DNA of 64,000 nucleotides, from contig OX597816.1 of NCBI GenBank assembly GCA_951406725.2, forward strand, positions 105,710,001 to 105,774,000, given 5' to 3'. A program made the translations under genes and the position numbers. How positions within the stretch are numbered: position 1 is the first letter of the stretch; each line of letters opens with the position of its first letter. The notes beneath the pieces were generated by a model. The model was not told the origin of the DNA, searched no databases, and saw only the letters and a list, made by a program, of their open reading frames with translations. Below, in pieces: positions 12,324 through 24,429 of the stretch. Source of the stretch: Octopus vulgaris. Its lineage: Eukaryota.

Positions 12324-14789
12324 CTTAATTACAGGAGAAAGAACAACATCCATCACCCTTTTCAGGGTCTTTGAAACTGGTGTATGGAAGCAAGAGAGGG
12401 ATTTATCTTCAGATCAGAGACCAGGCCTAAATGTTTACAAGAGTAGAATATGTTAAAGTTATCCAAAAAGCTAGGTAGTTAGGTTAAATTAGGTAATGTA
12501 TTTAAATATATCACTTAACAACAGCTCCTCCAATAAGTTTTAGACAGGTTTCTGTACTGTTACCATCTGTCAAATTTCAGTTATAAGGTTTTGGTTGACC
12601 AGAACACAGTTGCCCAAAGCAGTATCAGTAAATGAAATTCAAAACTACACAGGTTTAAAGCAAATTCATAACCACATAGTCATGTCTACACCAAGTGAAG
12701 AGTTTATATCAGCTTCAACTTACAAATCTCTGTTTTCCATTATTCACTTTTACAATATGCTTTGTATTTTATAGAGAGAGGTCTTATAGATGTTGACAAA
12801 AATCTTACAAAGCTGATATTTGCAGTTCTTATATTTAAGATGAATAAAGTAATCTTTATTGAATAACTAAAGCTGAAACAAAGAGAATAATTAAGCATTC
12901 CCCATATTTTGTAACGAGTTGTTATTTAGGTCCATATCAGTCTTAATAGTGCTGACTTATTATCAAAGACATGAGCATACAATCATTGTGTTGTCCGTTA
13001 TAGTATATCTAGGACATCCCAATATGATGAGCTATATAATTGCATTTTGTACTAGACAAAATAATTGCATAGAGATGGAAAATGTATTTCCTTTTACTTT
13101 TTTAAGTAACATCTTACTAATTTAGATTAGGTTTAACTTTTGGTAAGACAACTAAATTTTTTTATTTTTCACTTTTTGAAAATTTAAACTACTATACTTT
13201 CCATCATTAAAACGTGCAATGATTTTGTATTTCAAAAGTAAAGTAATATGTCTTATAATTGTATTTGGTTAATTCTTAGTTGAATTTCTCACATCATCAT
13301 ATAGATACCAATTTCAGCCAAACAGTAATTAGTAACGATGCTGCTCCAAAAAGGCTGTAAAGACCAAGTAATCTGTGATAATCTAGTATGAACGAAGCAT
13401 TTGTGAAAAGTAAATATTCATAGAAAAGGCAGTTATGTCAAAGCTAATCTCATGTGCCTGGACTAGAAATAGAATGAACTATTACTAAACTGTGTAAACA
13501 TACAAATATACATACACAAGCCAACAGTTGCACATGCACGCACACACACAAAAACATAAATACATGAAAAAAAGATTATACATTTGTCCTCAAATACACA
13601 CACGCACACACACACGTGCATACACACATATACACAATGGTGTATGTGTATGCCTTCCCAGATACATATACAAACACATTTGAACAAGAGAGTACACACA
13701 TGCTTCCCCTGCTTCTTACACACACACACACATAGACTTGTGATCTACAGAGTGAGGAATTTACTAACTTTTCTACTGCAAAGGATAAAATAAAATTACT
13801 GCCATTGAACTTCTTTCTATTACTTTTACAAGACAAAAGTGCTTACGCTAGGATCTTTGTAGTTAACTTACCTACCGGTTTAAAAATTGAATATGTTCCA
13901 AATTAGAACAAAACTTACCACATCCTATAAAAAATATTTGTAATTAACATGATGATTTCTATCCCAAGGAAGGATACAATACAATATAATGATTAAAGTC
14001 AAAACAAATAATCATTTTAAATATCACATGTAGTTTTAAATATCACATAAATATACTATAAAACACAATCTTATCAAAAAAGACTTACTAAAGAAAAGTT
14101 TGAAATGTCTATTATTTTAAGAAAGCTAAGCATATATCAATACAGCAGAGAAAAACCCTCACACAAAAGAAAGAAATTAAAAACAGCCCATTAACTACTT
14201 AAGATAACATTAAGTCATCCAATGGAATCCACCTCTTTTCAAGTCATTGATAACAGTTGAACCCACAGACCTACTTACACAACTGAACCATATGAGTTAA
14301 AATCAGGAGCTTAAAGCAATTTGCAGTTAACATTCCAAGAAGCTACCAACACTTGATGACAATTAAAGAACTATTTTATTAGTTTTAATATTGGAATGTT
14401 GTTGCCATACTGAAGCATTTCTTTCAAGTGTTTTAGTTGATTATTATATGATATATATTTTACCAACCTTTATTTATGCAAAACCTAAGTTACCATTTTT
14501 GACATAAAATGATGCAACTCTAAACATAATTTCCACCAGCAAACAAACATACACAAAAACATGGACACAAGCTTACACACATATGCCAGCCCCCTCCCAA
14601 ATTTATTATAGTTCCCCAAGCTATAACTGAGGAATTTAATACTAGTTGCTCTGAAAACTTCTGCAAGCTGACAAATTAGCTCTAATAGTACAATCAATAG
14701 AATTGAAGCTGAAGTTCCAGATAAAGAAATAATACCTGGAATTGAAAGGCATTAAAGTAAACTGAGGAAAAGTAAATTTTAGTGGGTAA

Positions 14790-15560
14790 GAAGGATGGGA
14801 AGACACTCATAGCATTGGGAATATGGCCATGTCCCACCTGCATAAAAGAAGTTGGTAGAAATTCTATGAGGCATGTGCATTGTAATCAGTGGAGATGCAC
14901 ACAACAGATGTAGTGAGATTCAAAGGCAGGCTAAAGTGCATTGAAGCAGTAAGCACTAAGAGGGCTCAGGAAATAAATTCAGGAAATAGCAAGATGGGTC
15001 CCTAGAAATAGTTGGTAACTTTTGCTATCTATGAAACCAAGTTAGCAGTATAATTGGATGTTCTGAAAAATATGGGAGCTAGAATAAAAACAGGTTGAAG
15101 GGAGTTCAGGGAGTTATTAACTTTGCTAACAAAGGGCTTATCACTCAATATCAAAGGCAGATTATATGATTCTTGCCTACAAAGTGTGATGCTGCATCAC
15201 AGCAAGACATGGATCTTGAATGCAGAAGATATGTGAAGGCTACAAAGAAATGAGGCAGGCATGATTCATTGGATGAGGAATGTTTGTGCGTGTGTGTGTG
15301 TGAATGACAAAGTATGAATGAACTGCGAGAAAAGTGGATTTAAGTAGAGTAAGATGTGCAAAATTTAAGTGAAGTCAGATGTTTTGGTATAAGCATGTGA
15401 TGTGAATGGATGATGGCAACTGCATAAACGAGTGCTGAGCACTTAAAGTAGAAGGACACTGAGGGAGACTTTGGGATGAGATGGTGAAAAAGAGATGACT
15501 GAAAACTGTATCAAGTGTTAATACATGCTGCTATGGAAGACCTGACCTCCTGCACAAGAT
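14790..15560 (+). mobile_element. Decayed RTE-like LINE 3' region
   Basis: Peptide remnants SLEIVGNFCYL, REFRELLTLL, KGLSLNIKGRLYDSCLQSVMLH, RLQRNEAGMIHWM; same family as 54640-55590. Confidence 0.75.
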
Positions 15561-16933
15561 TAGTGCAAGCAACCCTCCCTTGTCAATTGATTTTGTGCAC
15601 ACAACCCCATCTATCATATATATCATATTCTATACCCTCATATCTCACCACTAGCTATTTTGTCAACCACTGTACCTACTCTTTAATTTTCTTATCTCTT
15701 CTAATCACCATGGCAATCATAACTGAAAGGAAAGTACTCAATTAGTACATAGTGAATATCTTCTTTCCCCACATCTCCATCATTTATATACTGCTGTCAT
15801 TTTTTCTTCCATTCCTCCTAAATTTAAGGCTTGAGTGAGAAACCTTTATCCACCATCTTATCACTATGCTCTTTTGAATATGTTACCTTGAGGATATACC
15901 TTGACTCCACTTCTTCATTTTATCTCACCTCTGCACCACTCTACCCACCTATATATAATGCGAAGTAGCACTGCATCTCCTTCTCCTAAATCCTCTCATC
16001 CTACTTCGTAACTACTCTTATCAGTCTGAATCTCTGATACTATATTTTCCTTACACTCCCATTATTCCACATTCATCTTATCTTGCTTCTGTGCACCACT
16101 TAACCCTCCCATGCTCCCATGAGGGTTAAGTGCTACATCTCCTCCCATTCAACCTTCCCCCATTGCTGCCTCTCTCTCTCTCTCTCTCTCTCTCCCCTCT
16201 CCCTCTTCCCTCCCCTCTCTTACAAATCTTGATGCTACTTTTCATTTTCCCTCCTATTTCTCCTTTCCCTTACACTGCTACCACCCCCTCTCAACAATAA
16301 ACCTGTGTAACTCCAATATGAACAGTCTTGGACCCTAAAAATACCATCCAACCATAGCAAAAAGACAAACCCACCCCATCACCAAATTCATCTACTCAAC
16401 CCATTACCATTAGCACTTTGTCCCCTTCCACTATTCTTCACACTAATCCCTGCCATTACTTTCTCCCTTCACACCTCCTGTGTCTCCATTACTACTATCC
16501 TAACACAGTTCCCTCAGTTATTCTCTTCATACCATCTTTTCACAATCAATTTATTCCTTCCATCATGCTCTCTGTCACTCTGCAAGCTGACTCCTACAGT
16601 GCTTGTTCCACAAAAAGCACCTGATACATTCTGTGATTGGTAATCAATTAGAGCAGCAGGCTCTTTAGTCTACCTACTGATAGCTAGGTAACTTGTATAG
16701 TGTGATGCTATGAGAAAATGCACCCAATACACCCAATAGAGTAGTTTGTTTTAGGAAGGGCATCCAGCCACAAAAACTACAGCAAAAATGAATTATTGGA
16801 GCAAGACATGGTCCTCCAATCCTTTGAATGGTGCTGACTCATCTTATCCATGCCAGTATGGAAATTAGACATGAGATGATGAAGATGATAACCACACACA
16901 CATGCATGTGCACACGCACACATGCACACACAC

Positions 16934-16967
<34 letters not shown>

Positions 16968-17569
16968 TAGGCTTCTGTGCACTTTCTGTCAACCAAATTT
17001 CATTCACAAGATATTGGTCAATCTGAAGCTAGAGAATGACAATTTCCAAGGTTCCTCACACTGAGGAAAAAAATCTCAAAACCATATGGTGGCAAATTAA
17101 ACTTAACCCAAGAACTATTGTGAAAGAAACCACATTCTATCATGAGAAACAATTGCTTACACATTATGTAATATAAGAATTAATCCTCAACAGTAGAAGT
17201 AAGGAAACAAAAATATACATAGGTTAATACATGAAATAATTCAGTAATAATTAATATACCACAAAATGAAGACAAAGAATTTTTTTTTAATATTAAAAAT
17301 GTGATATAAACTATAAATGTAGTTCTATTTATCTGATGATTGTTAATACCAAGGTAACTTAGAACTATACTTCAATGCTATTCAGCCATTTAATTACATA
17401 AGTGTTAAGTGGTGCACAATTTATATACTTCATTAGTACAAACAATAGTCAATTAACCCCAGAGCCAAGGACTTATCATAATAATATATATCTATATCAA
17501 TATAACTTAAATGCACATAATCACAGAAAATCTACAGAAAAATAATTTAATGGAATTACACACACACAC

Positions 17570-17757
17570 ATCATCATCATCATCATCATCATTTAGCATC
17601 CGTTTTCCATGCTAGCAAGGGTTGGACGGTTTAACTGGGGTCTGTGAAGCCGGAAGGCTTCATCAGGCCCAGTCAGATTTGGCAGTGTTTCTACGGCTGG
17701 ATGCCCTTCCTAACGCCAACCACTCCGTGAGTGTAGTGGGTGCTTTTTACGTGCCAT
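17570..17757 (-). mobile_element. SINE 3' portion with (ATG)n tail
   Basis: Reverse complement of the 8520-8708 sequence at high identity. Confidence 0.85.
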
Positions 17758-17940
17758 GTATATATATATTTGCATCAAGCTTCAGCATCCTAGTTTTCAG
17801 ATAAGACTAACAGTATTACTTAGAGACACATGGTATGTTATATAACTCAACCAAATTATTATATCTCTACAGCATGAAACAATAAGTAGCTCTTTTTAAA
17901 TTCTGAATATATTAAATAATATATATATATTTATATATAA

Positions 17941-18190
17941 TCATCAACATTTAATGTCCGCTTTCCATGCTGGCATGGATTGGACGGTTTGACTGAGGAT
18001 TGGTGAGCAAGAAGCTGCACCAGGCTCAACCTGATCTGGCAAAGTTTCTACAGGTGGATGCTGTTCCTAACGCCAACCACTCTGAGAGCATAGTGGGTGC
18101 TTTTACGTGTCACCGGCACATGGGTCAATCAGGTGGTTCTGGCAATGACCACACTCAAAGGTGTTTTTACATGCTACCTGCACAGGAGCC
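17941..18190 (-). mobile_element. SINE 3' portion, same family
   Basis: tttaatgtccgctttccatgctggcatggattggacgg...taacgccaaccactctgagag. Confidence 0.8.
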
Positions 18191-18399
18191 AGACAAAAGA
18201 GCTATTAGAATGACCACTATGTGAGGAGAGGGAGTAAAGTAAGGGCGTAAAAATGTCCATAGTATTCATGTAAGCGTGCATGTCCATACCTACACATGCG
18301 TGCCCACACATCCACGTACATGTGCCTATAAGTATATAATGGTCAATCATACAGTAATTTCCCTTTGTTTAATGGTCATTTTCATAGCATTTTTTTGAT

Positions 18400-18470
18400 G
18401 GCCGGATAACTGAAGAGATGGCAGTGTGGGTTTCTGCCCCAACATCTGAAACTCAGAGTTTTATCATGGC
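18400..18470 (+). ncRNA. Type I hammerhead-ribozyme-like motif
   Basis: Stem I GATAA(18405-09)/TTATC(18461-65), core CTGAAGA (18410-16), stem II GATG/CATC plus GCAG/CTGC, GAAA (18448-51), short stem III ACT-cag-AGT, NUH triplet GTT ending at 18460. One unpaired T precedes GAAA. Confidence 0.7.
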
Positions 18471-18478
18471 TACCGAAT

Positions 18479-18746
18479 TTGGAAGCACTCCGTCGGTTAC
18501 GACAACAAGGGTTCTGGTTGATCCGATCAACGGAACAGCCTGCTCGTGAAATTAACGTGTAAGTGGCTGAGCACTCCACAGACACGTGCACCCTTAATGT
18601 AGTTCTCGGGGATATTCAGTGTGACACAGAGAGTTACAAGGCCGGCCCCTTGAAATACAGGTACAACAGAAACAGGAAGTAAGAGTGAGAGAAAGTTGTG
18701 GTGAAAGAGTACAACAGGGATCACCACCATCCCTACCGGAGCCTCG
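18479..18746 (-). mobile_element. 5'-truncated SINE with target-site duplication
   Basis: Flanked by direct repeat tggctaccgaat (18467-18478 and 18747-18758); CpG-rich; shares gagtgagagaaagttgtggtgaaagagtacaacaggg with 22466-22778. Confidence 0.85.
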
Positions 18747-18767
18747 TGGCTACCGAATAGTTGTCAC

Positions 18768-18810
<43 letters not shown>

Positions 18811-18815
<5 letters not shown>

Positions 18816-19281
18816 TAGAGATAAAACCACTATTAGGCAAATAAAACAATGAAAAACATAAGCCAATACATAAAATTAATTAATTTATATTATTTTAAAT
18901 ATATATCAAAAGTATTAAAAGTTTAATAAAAGATAATGAGTAAAACATTACGATCGTTTCATGGCTGTGCAATTCGTAATAATTCGAGTTATGGTTACAG
19001 TCAATCTTCAGGTAATTGAAATATTTATCTTAGTGAGGTTTAACATTGTTAAACCTCGCTAAGATAAATATTTCAATTACCTGAAGATTGACTGTAACCA
19101 TAACTCGAATTATTACGAATTGCACAGCCATGAAACGATCATAATGTTTTACTCATTATCTTTTATTAAACTTTTAATACTTTTGATATATATTTAAAAT
19201 AATATAAATTAATTAATTTTATGTATTGGCTTATGTTTTTCATTGTTTCATTTGCCTAATAGTGGTTTTATCTCTAATTTA
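18811..19281. repeat. 471-bp near-perfect palindrome carrying a hammerhead-like motif in each arm
   Basis: 235-bp arms centred on 19046 with a 1-nt spacer; only three mismatched pairs found by eye (18843/19249, 18951/19141, 19034/19058). ATTAC-CTGAAGA...GAAACGATC-GTAAT at 18947-19016 (-) and 19076-19145 (+). Confidence 0.95.
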
Positions 19282-19627
19282 ATATAATATAATATTTTAC
19301 TATAAAATTGGATTTAATCCTAAATCTGATTTTTCCCTGTAAGTTTGGATTTATTCCCTAATATTTTATTATTAATTTATATATATATATATATACACTT
19401 ATTTATTTATACTTTATTTAATTATTTATTTAGAAGGTTGTTTGTTATAGCTGGTCAGAGAATGATCATTGGTTTTGCACCTATATACATACATGCATAC
19501 ATATATATATATATACATACATACATACGTATGTATGTATGTGTGTGTAAGTCAATTTGTTGTACATGATAAGGCACATCAAGCTAAGTAAAATCACTGA
19601 CTTCCATACATACAGGCTTGTCTTTTC

Positions 19628-19890
19628 AGTTGCCGGTGCCACTTAAAAAGCACCCATGCCAGTGCTGCATTAATGCACCTATACCACTGCAATGTAAATG
19701 CATCCATGCTGGTGGCACATAAAAAGTACCCACCACACACTGTTAAGTGGTTGCCATTAGGAAAGGCATCTAGGTGTAGAAACCATATCACAACAGACAG
19801 TTGGAGTCTGGACAACTGCCTGCTAGCCAGCTCCATCTGAAGCCATCCGACCCATGCCAGTATGGAAAGTGGATAATGATGATGATGATG
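19628..19890 (+). mobile_element. SINE 3' portion with (ATG)n tail
   Basis: taaaaagcaccc...aagtggttgccattaggaaaggcatc...cccatgccagtatggaaagtgga(atg)n; same family as 8474-8708. Confidence 0.75.
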
Positions 19891-19893
19891 TTG

Positions 19894-19944
<51 letters not shown>

Positions 19945-20647
19945 GTGTATATGCATGTATGTCTCTATATATATATATATAATTAATCAAGCCTGAATAT
20001 TAGCTATAGCTACAATGCAGCAGCAACAGACCAATTCCCTTGCAAATCAAATAATCCTTTCCAAACAATATATATCTGGGCTGTTGAGATATTGCCTCCT
20101 AGCTACCAATTGAAAACAGCCTCTTGAAATTAGATTTCTTGGGGAGATTGAAAATAGTTCCTGACAGAGAGGAATGTCTTTTCAATGTGAGAATCCAGAT
20201 AGACTTTTATTTGATGTATTAAATTATACATCTAATACAAATCCACTTCAAAGTGCTAGATAAATAAAAAGCTGAAAGTTTTTGTAGACTCTAATTTCAC
20301 ATCAATACTTTCCTATTAATATTGACCAGCTTGGGTTTGATTTAACATTTAAAGTTATTTGTATCCAGCAATCTATCTTTCTATCTATAGCTAATGAAGG
20401 AGGATTTACACGGTCTCTCGATATGCTAAAAATAGCAGCCAAGTGTTTCTTGAATCATAATTTAAAATAAGGACATATTCCAAATGGCAACTCTTATTTC
20501 AATTCATAATGAAATAAACCGACAAGGAAGGTTTTATGTGGTTGTCCAACCTGTTACAAATAGCAGCCAGAACTCAACTGTATTCCTTCTCCTTCAGGGA
20601 CTGATTAATTCAGTGCTCTACCAAGTCTGCTATCCACTGCCAATAAA

Positions 20648-21125
20648 ATTATTATTATTATTGAGTGAGAGAGCAACACATACCATCAAAGTGACATTGA
20701 AATACAAATATACAAAGCTCAATATACCCATCATGACTACTCATGTAATAAAGATACACCAGGTACATGCATCACAACCATATGCATTTGACATGATGAT
20801 CTCATATCAAGATAAACTGCACATAACCTTACAGGTGGGAGCCCAGTTAGAATTTTCTCCATCCTGCTCAAAAGGTCTCTAAATAAGGTTTGTTTAAGGA
20901 TGATGAACAAAACACCTGTTTTCAGTGGTGAATTATTCAAACCCCAAAGAATTTTTCTCAACATATGGCTATGATGCTCCCCCACTACTCCTGCTCATGA
21001 TCAGAGAAACACATGTTGTCAGCCACTAAGGGGCATACTTCACTGGTGAAGGTCAAGTATCTAATAAGCAAATCTGTGGTACTGAGCAAAATAAAAACAG
21101 CCACCATGTATTGGTAGTCACCTCT
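20648..21125 (-). mobile_element. Non-autonomous retroposon with (AAT)n tail
   Basis: About 450 bp collinear with 52330-52882 (gagtgagagagca...gaattattcaaaccccaaagaa...catggctatgatgctcccccactactcctgctcatgatcag). Confidence 0.8.
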
Positions 21126-21299
21126 AAAAAAGCTTTTGATTGATCTAAATTGATCAGGATCCCATGTCAAGTTCTTTACACACCCTCTCCATGATGTATT
21201 GCATGAAGTAGAGGTTGTTGGGAATAGATTTGTTCAGGATAGCACAAGTTGGTGTAACACTAAGTAGGCCACCATAGATGACAAGTGCCAATCAGAAAT

Positions 21300-22000
21300 A
21301 AACATTATATGAGATTTGAATTTTAAAAAATATGCCAACACAACATTGAAGGAAGGTAAATTAATCCAGAATACTAATATCATTCTAGATAAAGCAGCAG
21401 AAATAAGATTATCAAAACAAACACAAATTTACAAATACTTAGGAAATCAATGAACTAAATGGTATACAACACATAATTAACAGAAAAGTTTAAGAATAGA
21501 ATATATTAGATGCATTGGATTAATACTTAAGAATAGAGCTAACCAGAACAAGAAATAAAGTAATAGGCGATAATACATTAGCTGTTCCAGTAATAAGTTT
21601 TGGTCTTAATAATACCCTTGGATGTTAAACAAAAATAGCAAGACAAGATATGAAAAATAAGAATGATTGTGGTTGGAATACACTAGCCACAATATGATAC
21701 AGAAATATATTCACCATCTGGTAAAGGTTTTATGCAACCAAAAAAAGAAACAGTGCTATAAAATATTGTTGAAGGACTACAAAAATATTTAGCAAAGATT
21801 AATGGAAAACAAACAAAATAGTTATGCAATACAAACAAAATATATAATTGTCTTCAAGAAAGCCAACAAATACAAAACAAAGGCTGAAATGACAATCAAT
21901 TGTGAACAGAAAGAAAGAAAAAAACAACAGATATCATGAAAAAGCTAAAACCTCAGCTAAAATGCTAAAACACTGAACTAATGTGAGAAAAAGTTCCTGC
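21300..22000 (+). mobile_element. Highly decayed R4/Dong-like non-LTR retrotransposon
   Basis: Remnants YKYLG, GIQH, NTLAVPVISF typical of the post-RT region of restriction-like-endonuclease LINEs. Confidence 0.55.
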
Positions 22001-22465
22001 ATGATTAATACTTGAAAATAATTGGACAGGATGAAAATAAACAAAGAAAATTTGGAACACATGGCTCAAAGCATTCCCACCAGAAGCCTTCGAAAGAATG
22101 TACTGAACCAGAATTCATTAAGTAATTGCAGAATATATGGAAGTTAGGAAGAATCAGCCAAATTATATTCCTAATCTTAGCTAAGAAAGAACACATTTGC
22201 AGGTTGGGCATTTCATACACTGGCAGTTATGTCAGCATTATAAAATCATCATCATCCAGTATGCCACACCATCAAGAGCCATTTGAATTCTGCATTTTTG
22301 CAACATTTGGGGTGAGAAATCTATAAAGTACCACTCTGCATCAGACACAACTTTCGCTCAGTGAAATGGAGGAGCATTGCACAATGCAGTGCCTTGCTCA
22401 AGGACCTAACATGCCAGTTAGTCCAAGAATTTAATCTACAACCTCTTGTGAGCTCACCAGCTAAT

Positions 22466-22778
22466 AAAATACTTGTCGCCCTTTTCAAGCCTAGCCAGGC
22501 TCATTTTGCCCGGTTTCCTGGTTTCTGTGGCATATGTGTTCCCCACAGTTGAACGGGACGCCAGTCCATCACAGCATTACTCAAGAAACAGGAAGAGAGA
22601 GTGAGAGAAAGTTGTGGTGAAAGAGTACAACAGGGGTAACCACCAACCCCTGCCGGAGCCTTGTGGAGCTTTTAGATGTTTTCGCTCAATAAACACACAC
22701 AATGCCCGGCCTGGGAATTGAAACCGCGATCCTCTGACCATGAGTCCACTGCCCTAACCACTGGGCATTGCGCCTCCA
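22466..22778 (-). mobile_element. tRNA-derived SINE
   Basis: Minus-strand head ggaggcgcaatgcccagtggttagggcagtggactcatggtcagaggatcgcggtttcaattcccagg with A/B boxes; body shared with 18479-18746. Confidence 0.85.
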
Positions 22779-22789
22779 CTAATAAAATA

Positions 22790-23682
22790 CTAACAGGAAA
22801 GAAGTGGAATAAACATACAGCAGATGTCTCAGAGAATGACAATGCAACCATAATCTGCACTTTCTTCATCAGCACAAACAGTGGGACCAGAGTTAATCAG
22901 ATAAATATCATCAGAAAGAATCGCCAAGAAAAGAAGTGCCTCTTATTCAAAGTATCAGTTCTATAAGATGATAAGCTATCTCTCAAAGAGATGGAGAAAC
23001 TATCCAAATAACTAGAAACTAAGATATAATGAATGACAAGACTGAAAGTAAAAACAATCGCTTCAGAATTATCAAAATATTTTTAAAAAACCACGTACAC
23101 ACAGACATGTATATCATCACAATTTCATGGCTTATAAATATGTACAACACACAGAAACTATCGCTATTAGGTACTACAAACAAACTACAAGGAGTACTCT
23201 CAGTACAACAGAAAGTATGAAACCAAAACAAAACACGACACATATCCAAGGTATACAAAGTTGCATTCAGTAAAGTAACGAAATAAAGAGGAGGAGGGGG
23301 GCGACGACGACGATGACAACAACCACCACCACCAAGAGTGCATTATCATAGATGTGACTATATCTATGGATATGAATGTAGTAGTCAAAGAACAGAAGAA
23401 AACAGGAAAATGCCAGGGTCTGGCTAGTAAAGTGTGAAGACTGTGAAGGGTTTCTACAAAAGTAATCCCAGTCGTTATAGTTGCCTTAGGTACTGTCACA
23501 ACAGATATGACAATTTTCTTGTTGAGAGTAGTGTATCTACAAGAGTTGCATAAATTTAGAAGTCTGCTCTATTGAAAATAGCAAGGATTGTAATGAAGGT
23601 TCTCATTCTCTCAGGAAACTGGTTGTGACCTGGTATCCAAGACATTGATTCCAAATGCAAAACATTCATGCACACCATGAAA

Positions 23683-23720
<38 letters not shown>

Positions 23721-23730
23721 TAATAATAAT
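22790..23730 (+). mobile_element. Two R4/Dong-like 3' ends (restriction-like endonuclease remnants) ending in (AAT)n
   Basis: KKCLLFKVSVL*DDKLSLKEMEKLSK (~22930-23010) and ECIIIDVTISMDMNVVVKEQKK...TKVIPVVIVALGTV (~23336-23497), followed by an (AAT)n tail at 23684-23730. Confidence 0.7.
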
Positions 23731-23839
23731 AAAAGGTATAGATATGCTAGTCATACTAGTCATATAGCTTCAATATAATAAATCAAAATGACATTATTTA
23801 CATTTTGATGGATATTTGTCCTCATCTTGTTTGTTGTTA

Positions 23840-23882
23840 ACACAATGTTTCAGTTGATATACCTCCAGCCTTCATTAGGTGT
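23840..23882 (-). ncRNA. Minimal hammerhead-ribozyme motif (degenerate copy)
   Basis: Minus strand ACAC-CTaATGA-a-GGCTG...CAACT-GAAA-CA-TT-GTGT; retains GAAA but has a core G>A change. Confidence 0.6.
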
Positions 23883-23977
23883 CTTGGGGAAATTTCAAAC
23901 CTAGGTTCTCATTCTTAAGGTATTTTCGATGTTGTTGTTGTTATTATTATTATTATTGTTATTATTATTATTATTCA

Positions 23978-24050
23978 GGTCACAGCCTGGGATCAAACTT
24001 GGAATCTTGGAGTTAGTAGCCCACACTCTTAACCGCTACGCCATATGACT
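23978..24050 (-). other. tRNA-like Pol III module inside the Penelope-like element
   Basis: Minus strand tggcgtagcggttaagagtgtgggctactaactccaagattccaagtttgatcccaggc: A-box TGGCGTAGCGG, anticodon-loop-like CTACTAA, B-box GTTTGATCC; acceptor stem not convincing, so not called a true tRNA. Confidence 0.7.
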
Positions 24051-24079
24051 GTGGGCAATTATGAAGTGAATTTTAGGGC

Positions 24080-24244
24080 TTATAGATCTAATATTTTCCT
24101 ATCCTTCCTTAATACTGGTTCCCATGTGCTGCTCATATCTGCACTCGGTCTGCTTAGGAGGTTGTTGTGTCCTAGCATATGTGCTGTTTCTTTTAGTTTT
24201 CGTATTTTCCAGTGGTGTTCTCTGTCTATTATTTTAACTTCATC
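24080..24244 (-). pseudogene. C-terminal end of Penelope GIY-YIG endonuclease ORF
   Basis: Open frame DEVKIIDREHHWKIRKLKETAHMLGHNNLLSRPSADMSSTWEPVLRKDRKILDL*, matching the PLE pattern W-x-x-x-K-I-(I/L)-D-x-E-x-x-W-x-x-R-K-x-K-E. Confidence 0.75.
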
Positions 24245-24281
24245 CAACAGGGGGACCACCTCCCCCAGTGGGATAAAGTAA

Positions 24282-24337
<56 letters not shown>

Positions 24338-24385
24338 TCGAAAAATACCTTAAGAATGAGAATCCAGGTTCAAAATTTCCCCAAG

Positions 24386-24429
24386 ACACCTGATGAAGGC
24401 TGGAGAGTCTATCAGCCAAAACGTTGTGT
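24386..24429 (+). ncRNA. Minimal hammerhead-ribozyme motif (degenerate copy)
   Basis: ACAC-CTGATGA-a-GGCTG...CAGCC-aAAA-CG-TT-GTGT; the G of GAAA is replaced by A, consistent with CpG decay. Confidence 0.7.

Noticed and set aside
23978-24050. Genuine tRNA-Ser gene
   Set aside because: Acceptor and anticodon stems are imperfect and it is embedded in a mobile element; treated as tRNA-derived.
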